A stretch of DNA of 56,591 nucleotides, the filler included, from Nitrospirae bacterium CG2_30_53_67 (GTDB taxonomy: Bacteria > CG2-30-53-67), in NCBI GenBank assembly GCA_001873285.1. It is 4 parts of 4 records of this genome, joined end to end, with 100 filler letters (N's around TTAATTAATTAA, not from the genome) between each part and the next. Parts side by side here need not be neighbours in the genome. Positions count along the whole stretch, not along the records: positions 1 to 10,603 come from MNYV01000094.1; positions 10,704 to 20,926 come from MNYV01000065.1; 2 more parts are not named here. One strand, given 5' to 3'. The translations under genes and the position numbers were made by a program. The notes under the pieces were generated by a model. That model saw only the letters and a program-made list of their open reading frames with translations. It searched no databases and had not been told where the DNA came from. Below are positions 9,281 to 19,318 of this stretch, piece after piece; position 1 is the first letter of the stretch, and each line of letters begins with the position of its first letter.

Positions 9281-10354
9281 ATGACGATGCCCGTGAGGAT
9301 CCTGATTGTGGATGACGACGCAGCAGCACGTAGGAGAATCAGAGAGGCGCTGGTTGACGGGCATTACCTCTTGGAGGAGGCATCGGACGGCCTGGATGGG
9401 ATACATAAGGTGATGGCCTTTCGTCCGGACCTGATCCTCCTGGACGTGGTCATGCCGAAGATGGATGGGCTTAAGATGTGCAAGTTCCTTCACGAGAACC
9501 TTGAGACCAGCGAGATCCCGGTCATCATGTTGACCGCCCATGGCGATAGCGCCGCTTCATTGAAAAAACTGGAACTGGGCGTCAATGACTTTATTACAAA
9601 ACCGTTTGAGGATGATGATCTCATCGTCAGGGTGAAGCGCCAGGTTGAGATCAAAGAAAAACTCGACCGATTGCTGAGCGAGAAAGAGGATCTTCATGTC
9701 ATCCAGAAGATGATTCATACCCTGTATGAAAAGAAATCCATGTATGACCTCCTCTATACCCTGGTCAGACAGATCACGGGCATGATCGAAGCGGAACGCT
9801 GTTCCTTCGTGAGGGTGAGAGAGGACCGGCAGACCGGCGTGGTGGAGGCATCGAGCGACAGCCCTGATGTGCAAAACCTTGAAATTGATCTCAAGAAGTA
9901 TCCCGAAATACTTGAAGTGGTTGATTCGAAAAAGATACTGGTTATCCAGGATATCGGGAGCGCTCCGATTATGGCCCCTGTGCGGGAGCGCCTTGAAAAG
10001 ATCCGTTTTCAGTCTCTGGTCCTGATTCCCGTGGTTCTTGGGGACAGGATCGTCGGGACGCTCCTGCTCCGTTCGGCCAGAAGCAGCAAGACCTTTACGG
10101 AAAGGGAACTTCGGTTCCTGGAGGCTATTGCCGAGGCTGCGCGGCCTGCAATCCTGAACGCCCGTCTCTTCGAGAAGATGGAAGAGAAACTCCTGAATGC
10201 GCCTGTGAAAGATCGAATCCTTGAGGACGGAAAGCTCCAGTACAATCTTCCGGTTCAGGAAAACGGTAATAGGATCATGGATCAGATCTTCCAGCTCAAG
10301 GATGAGATCCGTAGGCTTAAACAAGTCCAGCAGGAGATCCGGGAGCAGAAATAA
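9281..10354 (+). CDS. Response regulator with GAF domain and coiled-coil tail
   Basis: REC (ILIVDDD, LLDVVMP, KPF) plus GAF (SLVLIPVVLGDRIVGTL); start at ATG 9281 after AGGAGG. Confidence 0.88.
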   Translation: MTMPVRILIVDDDAAARRRIREALVDGHYLLEEASDGLDGIHKVMAFRPDLILLDVVMPKMDGLKMCKFLHENLETSEIPVIMLTAHGDSAASLKKLELGVNDFITKPFEDDDLIVRVKRQVEIKEKLDRLLSEKEDLHVIQKMIHTLYEKKSMYDLLYTLVRQITGMIEAERCSFVRVREDRQTGVVEASSDSPDVQNLEIDLKKYPEILEVVDSKKILVIQDIGSAPIMAPVRERLEKIRFQSLVLIPVVLGDRIVGTLLLRSARSSKTFTERELRFLEAIAEAARPAILNARLFEKMEEKLLNAPVKDRILEDGKLQYNLPVQENGNRIMDQIFQLKDEIRRLKQVQQEIREQK

Positions 10355-10533
10355 ATATCCTCCGGCAAAGCCGGAGGTATTACGATTGCCGGCCCCTCAA
10401 AGGGGCCTGATCGCAATCGGTTAAAAAACACCCTCCCCTCAATCCCCTCCCATCAAGGGAGGGGAAGCCCGCCGGCAGTTCCCTCGCCCCTTGTGGGAGA
10501 GGGCAAGGGTGAGGGGTAAAGCATTTCGATTAA
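10352..10533 (-). mobile_element. Family E: partial non-autonomous IS200/IS605-like element carrying REP-like hairpins
   Basis: Hairpin CCTCCGGC-AAA-GCCGGAGG; reverse complement matches 11570-11651 and 44278-44360. Confidence 0.75.
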
Positions 10534-10581
10534 AGGTGCCTTTGCGGAGCAAAAATTCTAAATTTTATGAAGTAAAATTTA

Positions 10582-10603
10582 GCGCCCGTAGCTCAGCTGG
10601 ATA
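10582..10603 (+). tRNA. tRNA 5' fragment, probably tRNA-Arg, cut by contig end
   Basis: GCGCCCGTAGCTCAGCTGGATA = acceptor strand and D-arm typical of tRNA-Arg; anticodon not visible. Confidence 0.7.
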
Positions 10604-10703
10604 NNNNNNNNNNNNNNNNNNNNNNNNNNNNNNNNNNNNNNNNNNNNTTAATTAATTAANNNNNNNNNNNNNNNNNNNNNNNNNNNNNNNNNNNNNNNNN
10701 NNN
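10604..10703. other. Artificial contig linker
   Basis: N44-TTAATTAATTAA-N44 (stops in all six frames). Confidence 0.98.
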
Positions 10704-10966
10704 CTCGTAGAGTAGAGCGTTCAGTCCAACAAGGAGAGCCGCGGGACGGTTCTGAGAAACGATTGTAGAATCCAAAAGTTACAGAATATTTTTCTGAAGG
10801 AGAAAGGCCGGGGCTATCAGAACCGTTCTCTCGTAACCTTCCTGCGCTGACAGGGGATAGCCCCCCGGTTTGTTGTGGGTCAGGCAAAAAGGAATTGCGG
10901 AGTATTATGCCGGATGGTTGTCTGTGAAGGGTTGTTATACGGGAACCATGAAGTAGATAGCCGGAC

Positions 10967-11118
10967 ACGGCTTCGTAAAAAGTCCGTCTGCGGCGTTACG
11001 CTGCGTCCTTCGTCACTGCAGCGTACGTCTAACGTACGCCTCATTCCTCAGGACTTGCGTGCCTTGCATCCGGAGCTTTTTTCTTTGCCGTCCATTTTAG
11101 GACTTTTTACTAAGCCGT
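10967..11118. mobile_element. Family D MITE with CAAGGC/GAGGCGTAC core
   Basis: TIRs ACGGCTTCGTAAAAAGTCC ... GGACTTTTTACTAAGCCGT; same ends as 25396-25548. Confidence 0.8.
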
Positions 11119-11133
11119 CAATCTTGAGGAAGT

Positions 11134-11322
11134 ATGAATCGTGATAAGCGGGCAGATCAAATGGATGAGTCGAAGAATTCATATCCCGGGAGTGAGACGG
11201 CCTACAGCGAGGATGGCGTTGATCTTACGGTTATCCGTTGGATGCTCTCGATGACGCCTGCGGAACGGTTGGAGACTCTTCAGAATCACATCAGTTCTGT
11301 CATGAGAATTCGTGTGAAATAG
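11134..11322 (+). CDS. Small conserved-looking protein, antitoxin-like (start possibly 11161)
   Basis: GVDLTVIRWMLSMTPAERLE resembles small proteins usually found upstream of nucleotidyltransferases (recalled, unverified). Confidence 0.55.
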   Translation: MNRDKRADQMDESKNSYPGSETAYSEDGVDLTVIRWMLSMTPAERLETLQNHISSVMRIRVK

Positions 11323-11383
11323 GGACGGACCCTCTTGATACTGCATTTAATACCCACCATGAGATGATCCGTGATTAAATAAG

Positions 11384-11651
11384 GGCAAACCCCCGGCTCT
11401 GCCGGAGGACTCTTAGAGTTTGGCCATTCCGGGAGTATGCAGTTAACCGAAATGCTTTACCCCTAACTCCCCCTTGCCCACGTCAGAGGGATAACTCCCC
11501 CCGACCCCCTCTTAAATAAGAGGGGGAGACCCCCTTGTAGTAAGGGGAGGAGAGGAGGGGTTAAGGGAGGGTGTTTTTAACTGTCTGCGAATAGGCCCCT
11601 TTGAGGGGGCCGGCAAACGTCAAGCCTCAGGCTTTGCCGGAGGTTGATGAC
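11384..11651 (+). mobile_element. Family E: complete non-autonomous IS200/IS605-like element (PATE-like)
   Basis: Left hairpin CCCCCGGCTCTGCCGGAGG, right hairpin CCTCAGGCTTTGCCGGAGG then TTGATGAC; no transposase; internal GC hairpins. Confidence 0.75.
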
Positions 11652-11672
11652 TTCTATGGGATTGGGCCTGGA

Positions 11673-13772
11673 TTAGGAGATGATCTCGATGAAGACCTTG
11701 ACGAGTTCGGGGTCAAACTGTTTGCCCGCGTTTTCCCTGAGTTCTTTGACGGCGTCCTCTTTGGATCTGCGCTGACGGTAGGGGCGGTCGGAGCACATGG
11801 CCTGGTAGGCCTCCACGATGGAGAGGATCCTTGCCATGAGAGGAATCTTTTCACCCTTGATGCCGTCGGGATACCCTTTCCCGTCGTAGCGTTCGTGATG
11901 GTACAGGATCGCGGGGATGATGCTCTCCAGGTGTTTCGCCTTCTGCAGGATCATCTCAGCCAGATGCGGATGGCCCTGGATGATCTTTCTTTCCTCATCG
12001 GTCAAGGGCCCGGGCTTGTTCAGGATCTCATCGGGGATGCTCACGGTCCCGATATCGTGAAGGATGCTCGCGAGGTGTATGCTTTCAATATCGGTGTTGG
12101 AGAGTTTCAATGCCTTGGCCAGGGCCACGGCATAATGGGTCACTTCGTCGGTATGGCCTCGGGTAAAGAGATTTTTGGCGTCCACAGCCGCAGCCAGGTC
12201 CCGCATGACCTTGACCTTGGCGTCTTTTAAGATGTCCTCGATGTGCTCTTCCTTACTTTCGATGAAGGCCTTGAGGGTTTCATCGTAACGCCGGATTCGG
12301 TTTCTCCCCTCGCGTTTTGCAAAATAGAGGGCTTGGTCGCTTTTGGTGATCAGTTCCTCACGGCTCACGGCGTCTCCGGGGAAGGTGGATATCCCGATGC
12401 TGACCGTGATCAGGAAGTCTTCGTTGCCCAGGGTTTTCCCGTAGGATTTTTCGAAGATCTTTCCCCGTATCCGTTCAGCGACGATCTGTGCGGGGTCATA
12501 AGGGGTTTCAGGAAGGATCACGACGAACTCCTCACCGCCGTAGCGGGCAGGGATGTCAATGTCCCGGATCGATTCCCGGATCGTTGAGGCCACCCCCTGC
12601 AGGATCTTGTCTCCTACCGGATGCCCATGGCGGTCATTGAAGGTCTTGAAGTGGTCTATGTCGATCATGAGTAAGGAGAAGGTGCGTTTGTACCGCTCAG
12701 ACCGCCGCACTTCCGCTTGCAGCCTGGACTGGAACTCACGGTGGTTGAAGAGTCCGGTCAGACCGTCCGTGATGGCCAGCCTCTTGTTATGTTCGTGGAG
12801 CCGGGCGTTTTCGATGGAAAGGGCGGCCTGGAATCCATAGGTGATCAGGAGATCCTCATCCTCCTTGTCAAAGAACGGGCCGTTTACTTTGTTGATCAGG
12901 ATGAGAATCCCGATGGATGCCTGCTGGTGGATGATGGGAACCGCAAGAAGGCTTCGAACGTGAGGCAGAGAAAAGGGGAGGTCAATGGTTTTTGCCTCAA
13001 GGTCTTTGGTTTGGAGGTTCAGCACTTTCTGCGAGGTCATCATATCTGAAAAGATGCCTGAGATCCGGGGCCGGATCGCTATGGAATGGCGCTCCGGGCT
13101 TTCTGAGATATAGGTCTGTTCTATTTGACTGGATTCCGGCGCCGGCAGGATCAGGAGCGCCGCTTCCGAGCGCAGCAGGAAGAGCGCATGATCGGCCAGT
13201 TTCTGAAACAGGGATTTCATGTCGGGCTCCGATGCGAGCGAGACCGCGGCTTCATTCAGAATATTCAACTGGCGGATCTTCCGTTCCCTCTGCTCATAAA
13301 GAACCGCATTAGCGGCGGACGTGGCCGCATAGTTGGCGATGATCTGCATGACCTGCATCCGGTTCTCCGGGCATGGGCCCTCCTCGTGATCGAAAAAATA
13401 AAGGAGTCCGATCATGATTCCGTTGTGAATGAGAGAGAAACAAAAGCCTGTGCGGAAGGCGTCTTCAACGCCCGCCGGGAGGCGGTCTATCCGGCAGAAC
13501 CCCTCTCTCGATGCCGTGTCCCTGAGAGGTCCCATGGAAAGGGGAGCGATGTGGCCGGTGAGCCCCCGGCTGATTCCGTGGGCATGGACCTCCGGGGCTT
13601 CCTCCTTCTCGTTGAACAGGGCAAGGCACGCGCCTTTCGAACCGGAGATCTCGGCGCCTCTTAAGAGGATGATCTGGATCACCTGGGATTTCTGAAGCGC
13701 GGAGTTGAGCTCCTGTGCCAAACGGGTGAGTTCAGTAAACTGTTCCGGGGTGATGGAATCAACCTTGAACAT
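11673..13772 (-). CDS. GAF-GAF-GGDEF-HD-GYP c-di-GMP turnover protein
   Basis: RDID I-site, GGEEF, LHDIG, HHERYDGKGYP. Confidence 0.95.
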   Translation of the reverse strand: MFKVDSITPEQFTELTRLAQELNSALQKSQVIQIILLRGAEISGSKGACLALFNEKEEAPEVHAHGISRGLTGHIAPLSMGPLRDTASREGFCRIDRLPAGVEDAFRTGFCFSLIHNGIMIGLLYFFDHEEGPCPENRMQVMQIIANYAATSAANAVLYEQRERKIRQLNILNEAAVSLASEPDMKSLFQKLADHALFLLRSEAALLILPAPESSQIEQTYISESPERHSIAIRPRISGIFSDMMTSQKVLNLQTKDLEAKTIDLPFSLPHVRSLLAVPIIHQQASIGILILINKVNGPFFDKEDEDLLITYGFQAALSIENARLHEHNKRLAITDGLTGLFNHREFQSRLQAEVRRSERYKRTFSLLMIDIDHFKTFNDRHGHPVGDKILQGVASTIRESIRDIDIPARYGGEEFVVILPETPYDPAQIVAERIRGKIFEKSYGKTLGNEDFLITVSIGISTFPGDAVSREELITKSDQALYFAKREGRNRIRRYDETLKAFIESKEEHIEDILKDAKVKVMRDLAAAVDAKNLFTRGHTDEVTHYAVALAKALKLSNTDIESIHLASILHDIGTVSIPDEILNKPGPLTDEERKIIQGHPHLAEMILQKAKHLESIIPAILYHHERYDGKGYPDGIKGEKIPLMARILSIVEAYQAMCSDRPYRQRRSKEDAVKELRENAGKQFDPELVKVFIEIIS

Positions 13773-13907
13773 GAGCCGCCTCTAAAAAAAAGGATTGCCT
13801 GGATCGGGCCAAGAAAATCAAACGTCTGGAACCGTTATGGATATTATAAAATTGAATTGAAGGATCTGTCAATAAATATGCTTAATATGGCCGCCTGATT
13901 CCGAAGA

Positions 13908-15146
13908 TCAAAAGGCGGCCCCGCGTACGATCAGGACCGCGTTGGCGCCGCCGAAGGCGAAAGAGGAGGAGAGGACCGTCGTTATCCTTGCCCGTTGCGG
14001 CTCGCCGCAAACAAAGTTCAAACCGCACTCCGGGTCCGGGTGTTCGAGATTTAGGATAGGAGGGATGATCCCTGTGTTGGCACTCAGGATGGAGGCAATG
14101 GCTTCCAAAGCTCCGCTGGCGCCGAGCATATGTCCGGTCATGGACTTGATGGCGCAGGCCGGGATCACCGCAGACCGAGGGCCCAGGGCAGAGTTGAGCG
14201 CCAATGCCTCGATCCGGTCATTCAGTCGGGTTCCGGTGCCGTGGGTATTGATCAGATCGATCTCATTCGGCCCGATCCCGGCATCCCTCATGGCCAGCCG
14301 CAGGGCCCGGATCATCCCGTCTCCCCTCGGGTCGGGGGCCGTCATGTGGCAGGCATCGGATGACAGGCCGAACCCAAGGATCTCGCCTAAGATCTTGACC
14401 CCGCGCGATTCAGCATGTTCCCATGTTTCGAGGATCAGGATTCCAGCCCCCTCACTGATCACAAATCCGTCCCGGTCCCTGTCAAACGGCCGGCAGGCCT
14501 TCTCCGGCTCTTGATTTCTCCGGGAGAGGGCGCGCGCCCTGGCAAATCCGCCGATGATCATGGAGGTGATGGGCGCTTCCGAACCTCCGCTGATGATGAG
14601 GTCCGCGTCTCCGGACCGGAGGATTCTGACCGCTTCCCCGATGGCATGGGCGCCGGAGGCGCAGGCCGTGGATACGGCAAGGCTCGGACCGAGAAGCTGA
14701 TGCTGCATGGAGATCATGGCAGGGGCCTGGTTGATCAGCGATGAGACCGTAAGATGAGGGGAAAGTCCCTGAAATCCCTTTCGGGCATACGAGGCCATGC
14801 CGGCTTCCAGGGTCGTGATCCCCCCCCTGCTGGAGCCGATGACCACGCCGGCCCGTGTCCGGTCCCACCCGGAGCGGTCGAGTCCGGCCTGAGAGAACGC
14901 CTCGGAACACGCGGTAAGGGCGTATAAGACAAAGGGGTCGAGGCGGCGAAGAAGCTTTTTAGGATATGGGTCTTTGGGGAGATCCCGGATTTCTCCGGCA
15001 ATCCGGCAGGGGAGGTTTGAAGCATCGAAACGGGTGATGGGGCCGATGCCGGACCGGCCTCGGACCAGGCCCTGCCAGGTCTCCTCCATGGAATTTCCCA
15101 GGGGAGTCACAGCCCCCATGCCGGTGACCGCAATCCTTGTATGCAT
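13908..15146 (-). CDS. fabF: Beta-ketoacyl-ACP synthase II
   Basis: STACASG catalytic Cys, THGTGT, KSMTGH, SSFAFGG. Confidence 0.9.
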   Translation of the reverse strand: MHTRIAVTGMGAVTPLGNSMEETWQGLVRGRSGIGPITRFDASNLPCRIAGEIRDLPKDPYPKKLLRRLDPFVLYALTACSEAFSQAGLDRSGWDRTRAGVVIGSSRGGITTLEAGMASYARKGFQGLSPHLTVSSLINQAPAMISMQHQLLGPSLAVSTACASGAHAIGEAVRILRSGDADLIISGGSEAPITSMIIGGFARARALSRRNQEPEKACRPFDRDRDGFVISEGAGILILETWEHAESRGVKILGEILGFGLSSDACHMTAPDPRGDGMIRALRLAMRDAGIGPNEIDLINTHGTGTRLNDRIEALALNSALGPRSAVIPACAIKSMTGHMLGASGALEAIASILSANTGIIPPILNLEHPDPECGLNFVCGEPQRARITTVLSSSFAFGGANAVLIVRGAAF

Positions 15147-15337
15147 CCTAATCCTTGGGTTTCAAAGGTTTTATTCTCATGCAGCCGGACACGGCCCTTC
15201 ATACTAAAGGATTTCAGGTTGTTAGTCAACATAATTCCTGTCTGTGGTTGACAATCCACTTGAAAAGCATTTTAAAATCAGATCATAGCGATCCTATCTC
15301 GCCTGTTATTAAAAAATAAAAAAAGTTCTGAATATAT

Positions 15338-15366
15338 TTGACTTGCCGGCGTCTTTGATATATAAA
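15338..15366 (+). promoter_or_regulatory. Sigma70-like promoter of the cytochrome gene
   Basis: TTGACT-N17-TATAAA; strong SD AAGGAGGTG before 15419. Confidence 0.6.
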
Positions 15367-15418
15367 AATGCATCTATAAACATATCTTAAATTCATCAAG
15401 GAAGGAGGTGATACATCA

Positions 15419-15925
15419 ATGAAAAAATGGACTATAATGATGGTGGCAGCTCTCTTTGTTATTGTTTCAGCGGGCATGGTTTCCGCCGCAGACTATGTGG
15501 GTGTGGCGAAATGCAAGATGTGCCACATGAAGCAGTTCAAGAGTTGGGAGCAGACCAAGATGGCCAAGGCATTGGACAGTTTGAAGCCGGGTGCGGCCGC
15601 AGAGGCCAAGACGGCTGCCAAGCTTGATCCGGAAAAGGACTACACCACGGATGCTGCCTGTCTGGGATGCCACACGGTGAACGGCAAGGCAGATATGCCT
15701 GGCGTTCAGTGCGAGTCCTGCCACGGTGCAGGGTCGGATTACATGAAGGTGATGATGACCAACCGGGACTACAAGCTGGACGAGATCAAGGCCAAAGGGC
15801 TCGTTAATGCTCCAGACGAGGCCGCATGCAAGAAGTGCCACAACGAGAAGAGCCCGTTCTTTAAAGGGTTCACGTACGACAAATCCAAGAGCCATGAGCA
15901 CACGCCTTTGACCAAGAAGCACTAA
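15419..15925 (+). CDS. Periplasmic tetraheme cytochrome c (c554 family)
   Basis: Signal peptide, YVGVAKCKMCH, CLGCH, GVQCESCHG, CKKCH. Confidence 0.9.
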   Translation: MKKWTIMMVAALFVIVSAGMVSAADYVGVAKCKMCHMKQFKSWEQTKMAKALDSLKPGAAAEAKTAAKLDPEKDYTTDAACLGCHTVNGKADMPGVQCESCHGAGSDYMKVMMTNRDYKLDEIKAKGLVNAPDEAACKKCHNEKSPFFKGFTYDKSKSHEHTPLTKKH

Positions 15926-15944
15926 TTCGTCATGTTTCAGTTCT

Positions 15945-15982
15945 AAAAAAGCCGCTGTCCCATAAAGACAGCGGCTTTTTTT
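15945..15982. terminator. Bidirectional intrinsic terminator
   Basis: A6-GCCGCTGTC-loop-GACAGCGGC-T7. Confidence 0.9.
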
Positions 15983-16081
15983 ATGAGAGTCCATATTCCA
16001 TTGTCTTAAAAGGCCTGTTATGGTATAAAAATAAAAAATGAAATTGGACGGATAACCCGATAACACAAGGTTACATTCAGG

Positions 16082-17362
16082 ATGACAGATCAGACCGGGA
16101 AGAAGATCAAGGACATGCTGGGCCGGACCGGGGTCATTCCTCGGGAGGAGGCGCAGAAGATTTTTCTCCGGAATCTGGAGGTATCGAAACTTCCCGATGA
16201 GGAGATAAACGTGTCTGCCTCCCTGGGCCGGATTCTGAGCGCCGAGATCCGCTCTCCTGTCGACCTTCCAGCGTTTGCAAAAGCGACCATGGATGGATAT
16301 GCGGTCAGGGCCGGGGATACGTTCGGCGCGACCGAGACGCTTCCCGCTTATCTCAATCTTGCGGGTGAGGTTCCCATGGGGGTCCGTGCCGCGGTGGGTG
16401 TCCGTCCACAGGATGCGGTCAAGATCGCCACCGGCGGGATGCTGCCTGATGGCGCCGATGCCGTGGTCATGCTGGAGCATGCATCTCCGGTGGATGAGAA
16501 GATGATTGAAGTCAGCCGCCCTGCGGCCCCGGGTGAGAATGTGATCCAGGCCGGTGAGGATATCCGGAAGAACCGGACGGTCGGAAAGCCCGGGCGCCGA
16601 GTAAGGCCTCAGGACATCGGCGCCCTGTGTGGGATCGGCATCATTAGAATCAGGGTCTATCGGCGCCCGAGGGTGGCCGTGATCCCCACGGGGAACGAGA
16701 TCATCCCTCCGGACCGGGTCCCCGGCCTGGGTCAGGTGCGGGACATCAACTCCTATCATCTCTCGGCCCTCGTCGCGCAGCATGGAGGCGTGCCGGTTCA
16801 TTTCGGGATCGTGCCGGACGAGGAGGATCGCCTCAAGGAGGCGGTCTTAAAGGCCGTTCAAGAGACAGACCTCATCCTTTTATCCGGCGGTAGTTCCGTG
16901 GGGGCCAAGGATCTCACAGATCGGGTCATCAAGGAACTGGGCGAACCCGGGGTCCTGGTGCACGGGGTGGCCGTGAAACCGGGGAAACCGACCCTGTGTG
17001 CACTGGTGAAGTCAAGGCCCGTGATCGGTCTCCCTGGCCATCCGGCAGCGGTCGCAATCGGGTTCGAACTTTTTGTGAGGCCCGTGCTCCGGCTTCTGTC
17101 CGGTGAGGCTGTCCCCTCTTGGGAACGGTTCATCGGGTGTACGGTCAAGGCACGGATCACACGGAGCATCGCTTCCCGTCCGGGTCGGGAGGACTACATC
17201 CGTGTGGCCCTGGAACTGCACGAAGGAGCGCTCCGGGCGCGGCCGATCCTGGGCAAATCCGGCCTGATCTCCACCTTGGTTGATGCCTCCGGGACCGTGG
17301 TCGTTCCTGAAAACAAGCTCGGCCTTGAAAAGGACGAGGAGGTTGATGTCAGGGTTTTTTGA
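16082..17362 (+). CDS. moeA: Molybdopterin molybdenumtransferase MoeA
   Basis: MDGYAV, IATGGMLPDGADAVVMLE, TGNE, SGGSSVG, KPGKP, GLPGHP. Confidence 0.93.
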   Translation: MTDQTGKKIKDMLGRTGVIPREEAQKIFLRNLEVSKLPDEEINVSASLGRILSAEIRSPVDLPAFAKATMDGYAVRAGDTFGATETLPAYLNLAGEVPMGVRAAVGVRPQDAVKIATGGMLPDGADAVVMLEHASPVDEKMIEVSRPAAPGENVIQAGEDIRKNRTVGKPGRRVRPQDIGALCGIGIIRIRVYRRPRVAVIPTGNEIIPPDRVPGLGQVRDINSYHLSALVAQHGGVPVHFGIVPDEEDRLKEAVLKAVQETDLILLSGGSSVGAKDLTDRVIKELGEPGVLVHGVAVKPGKPTLCALVKSRPVIGLPGHPAAVAIGFELFVRPVLRLLSGEAVPSWERFIGCTVKARITRSIASRPGREDYIRVALELHEGALRARPILGKSGLISTLVDASGTVVVPENKLGLEKDEEVDVRVF

Positions 17363-17386
17363 GCATCCAGCATACAGAATACAGTT

Positions 17387-19315
17387 ATGATTAAACGACA
17401 GGTCTATCCTGAAAATTCCCCTTTGGCCGATGCCCTTGCCAAGTGGACATCCGAGCTGTCGGGCCGTGGTCTGCTTGAGCCCCTCCCTGGAGAGCCGATC
17501 CCTGTGGACGCTTCCCTCGGGCGGATTACGGCCGAGGCGGTGGCCGCCCGGATCTCTTCGCCCACGTATCACGGTTCGGCCATGGACGGTGTGGCCGTCC
17601 GGTTTACCGATACCCTGGGCGCTTCAGAGACCTCTCCAAAGAGGCTCTCAATCGGCGAGAAAGCGATTTTTGTGGATACCGGAGATCCTCTCCCCTCGGG
17701 CATGGACGCCGTGATCATGATCGAGGACGTGGACCGGTGCAGTGAGACGGAGATCGAGATCACGGCGCCCGCCACTCCCTATCAGCATGTCCGGACCATG
17801 GGAGAGGATATCGTGGCCACGGAGCTGATCATCCCGGAGAACCATCGGATCCGTCCGGTGGATATGGGCGCCATGCTGGCCGGCGGGTTGACGGAGGTCA
17901 GGGTGCGCCGTTTTCCCGTTGTAGAGGTGATCCCCACAGGCGATGAACTGGTGCAGCCCGGGTCGGAGGTCACAGGAGCAAAGATTATTGAATTCAATTC
18001 CCGGATCCTCTGCGGCATGGTTCAGGAGTGGGGGGGGGAGGCCGTCAGGCATGCGATCGTACCGGATGACCTCGGCCTTTTAAAGGAGAACATTCTCAGT
18101 GCCCTCGGCCGGTCCGACCTGGTGGTGGTCAATGCAGGGTCTTCTGCGGGACAGCAGGATTTCACGGTCCATGCGCTCCGTGATCTGGGCGAGGTCTTTG
18201 TGCACGGGATCCATATCCGTCCGGGAAAGCCGGTTATTCTCGGAATGGTGCAGGGGAAACCCGTGGTCGGGATCCCCGGATATCCGGTCTCCGCGGTCCT
18301 GACCTTGGATCTCTTTATCAAGCCGGTTATCCATGCCTGGCAGGGACAACCGGCGCCGGCGCCTGCGATCATAAAGGCCACGCTCTCCCGGCAGGTCGCA
18401 TCCACCATGGGCCTGGAGGAGTTCCTCCGGGTCAAGGTCGGAATCGTGGAAGGCCGTTTTATCGCCACCCCCGTTTCACGGGGAGCGGGCATGCTCATGT
18501 CCCTGGTGCGCGCAGACGGCATGGTACGGGTCCCCGCCCTGAGCGAGGGGATGGCCGCCCGATCCGAGGTGACGGTCCATTTAATCCGTTCGAGAAAGGA
18601 GATCGAAAACACCCTGGTCTGTATCGGAAGCCATGACAACAGTCTGGACGTTCTCGCCAACCTCCTGAAGAAGAAATATCCGGAGATGTCCCTCTCTTCA
18701 GCCCATGTGGGGAGCATGGGCGGGCTCCTCGCGATCAAGAGGGGAGAGGCCCATCTTGCAGGGACACACCTCCTCGATGAAGAGAGCGGGGAATATAACA
18801 TCCCCTTTATTCAGCGCCTCCTTCCGGAAAAAAAGGTCGTGCTGGTGAACCTGGTCTACCGGCAGCAGGGACTCCTGGTCCGGAAAGGGAATCCCAAAGG
18901 AATTACACAATTTAAGGACCTCTGCCGGGATGATCTGGTCTTCATCAACCGGCAGAAGGGATCGGGGACGCGGCTCCTCACGGACAAATATTTCCATGAC
19001 CTCGGGATTAATCCTGGGTTGATTCGCGGATATGAACGGGAGGAATATACGCACATGGGCGTGGCCTCGGCCGTGGCCGGAGGCACGGCGGACGCGGGCG
19101 TCGGCATCCTGGCCGCGGCCCGCGCCCTTTCCCTGGATTTTCTCCCCCTGGCCCGAGAGAGGTATGATTTTCTCATTCCCAAAGTCTTTTTTGAAACCGT
19201 GGCCATGGTGAGGCTCCTCCGGATCATTCGTGAGGAAAAAGAGTTTAAGGACATTCTTCTTGAAATGGGCGGGTACGATGTCTCGGATATGGGGAAGATT
19301 ATGTATGAGGTCTAA
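17387..19315 (+). CDS. MoeA paralog with C-terminal PBP (LysR-like substrate-binding) domain
   Basis: SAMDG, TGDEL, RPGKP, then GSHD, VGSMGGL, INRQKGSGTR, EEYTH. Confidence 0.92.
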   Translation: MIKRQVYPENSPLADALAKWTSELSGRGLLEPLPGEPIPVDASLGRITAEAVAARISSPTYHGSAMDGVAVRFTDTLGASETSPKRLSIGEKAIFVDTGDPLPSGMDAVIMIEDVDRCSETEIEITAPATPYQHVRTMGEDIVATELIIPENHRIRPVDMGAMLAGGLTEVRVRRFPVVEVIPTGDELVQPGSEVTGAKIIEFNSRILCGMVQEWGGEAVRHAIVPDDLGLLKENILSALGRSDLVVVNAGSSAGQQDFTVHALRDLGEVFVHGIHIRPGKPVILGMVQGKPVVGIPGYPVSAVLTLDLFIKPVIHAWQGQPAPAPAIIKATLSRQVASTMGLEEFLRVKVGIVEGRFIATPVSRGAGMLMSLVRADGMVRVPALSEGMAARSEVTVHLIRSRKEIENTLVCIGSHDNSLDVLANLLKKKYPEMSLSSAHVGSMGGLLAIKRGEAHLAGTHLLDEESGEYNIPFIQRLLPEKKVVLVNLVYRQQGLLVRKGNPKGITQFKDLCRDDLVFINRQKGSGTRLLTDKYFHDLGINPGLIRGYEREEYTHMGVASAVAGGTADAGVGILAAARALSLDFLPLARERYDFLIPKVFFETVAMVRLLRIIREEKEFKDILLEMGGYDVSDMGKIMYEV

Positions 19316-19318
19316 GAG

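Noticed and set aside
10604..10703. Repeated TTAATTAATTAA motif within N runs (also 20927-21026, 40160-40259) and ORFs reading into them
   Set aside because: Scaffolding linker; adjacency across it has no biological meaning
10748..10825. Short inverted repeat GGTTCTGA...TCAGAACC near the contig start
   Set aside because: Only 8 bp and single copy
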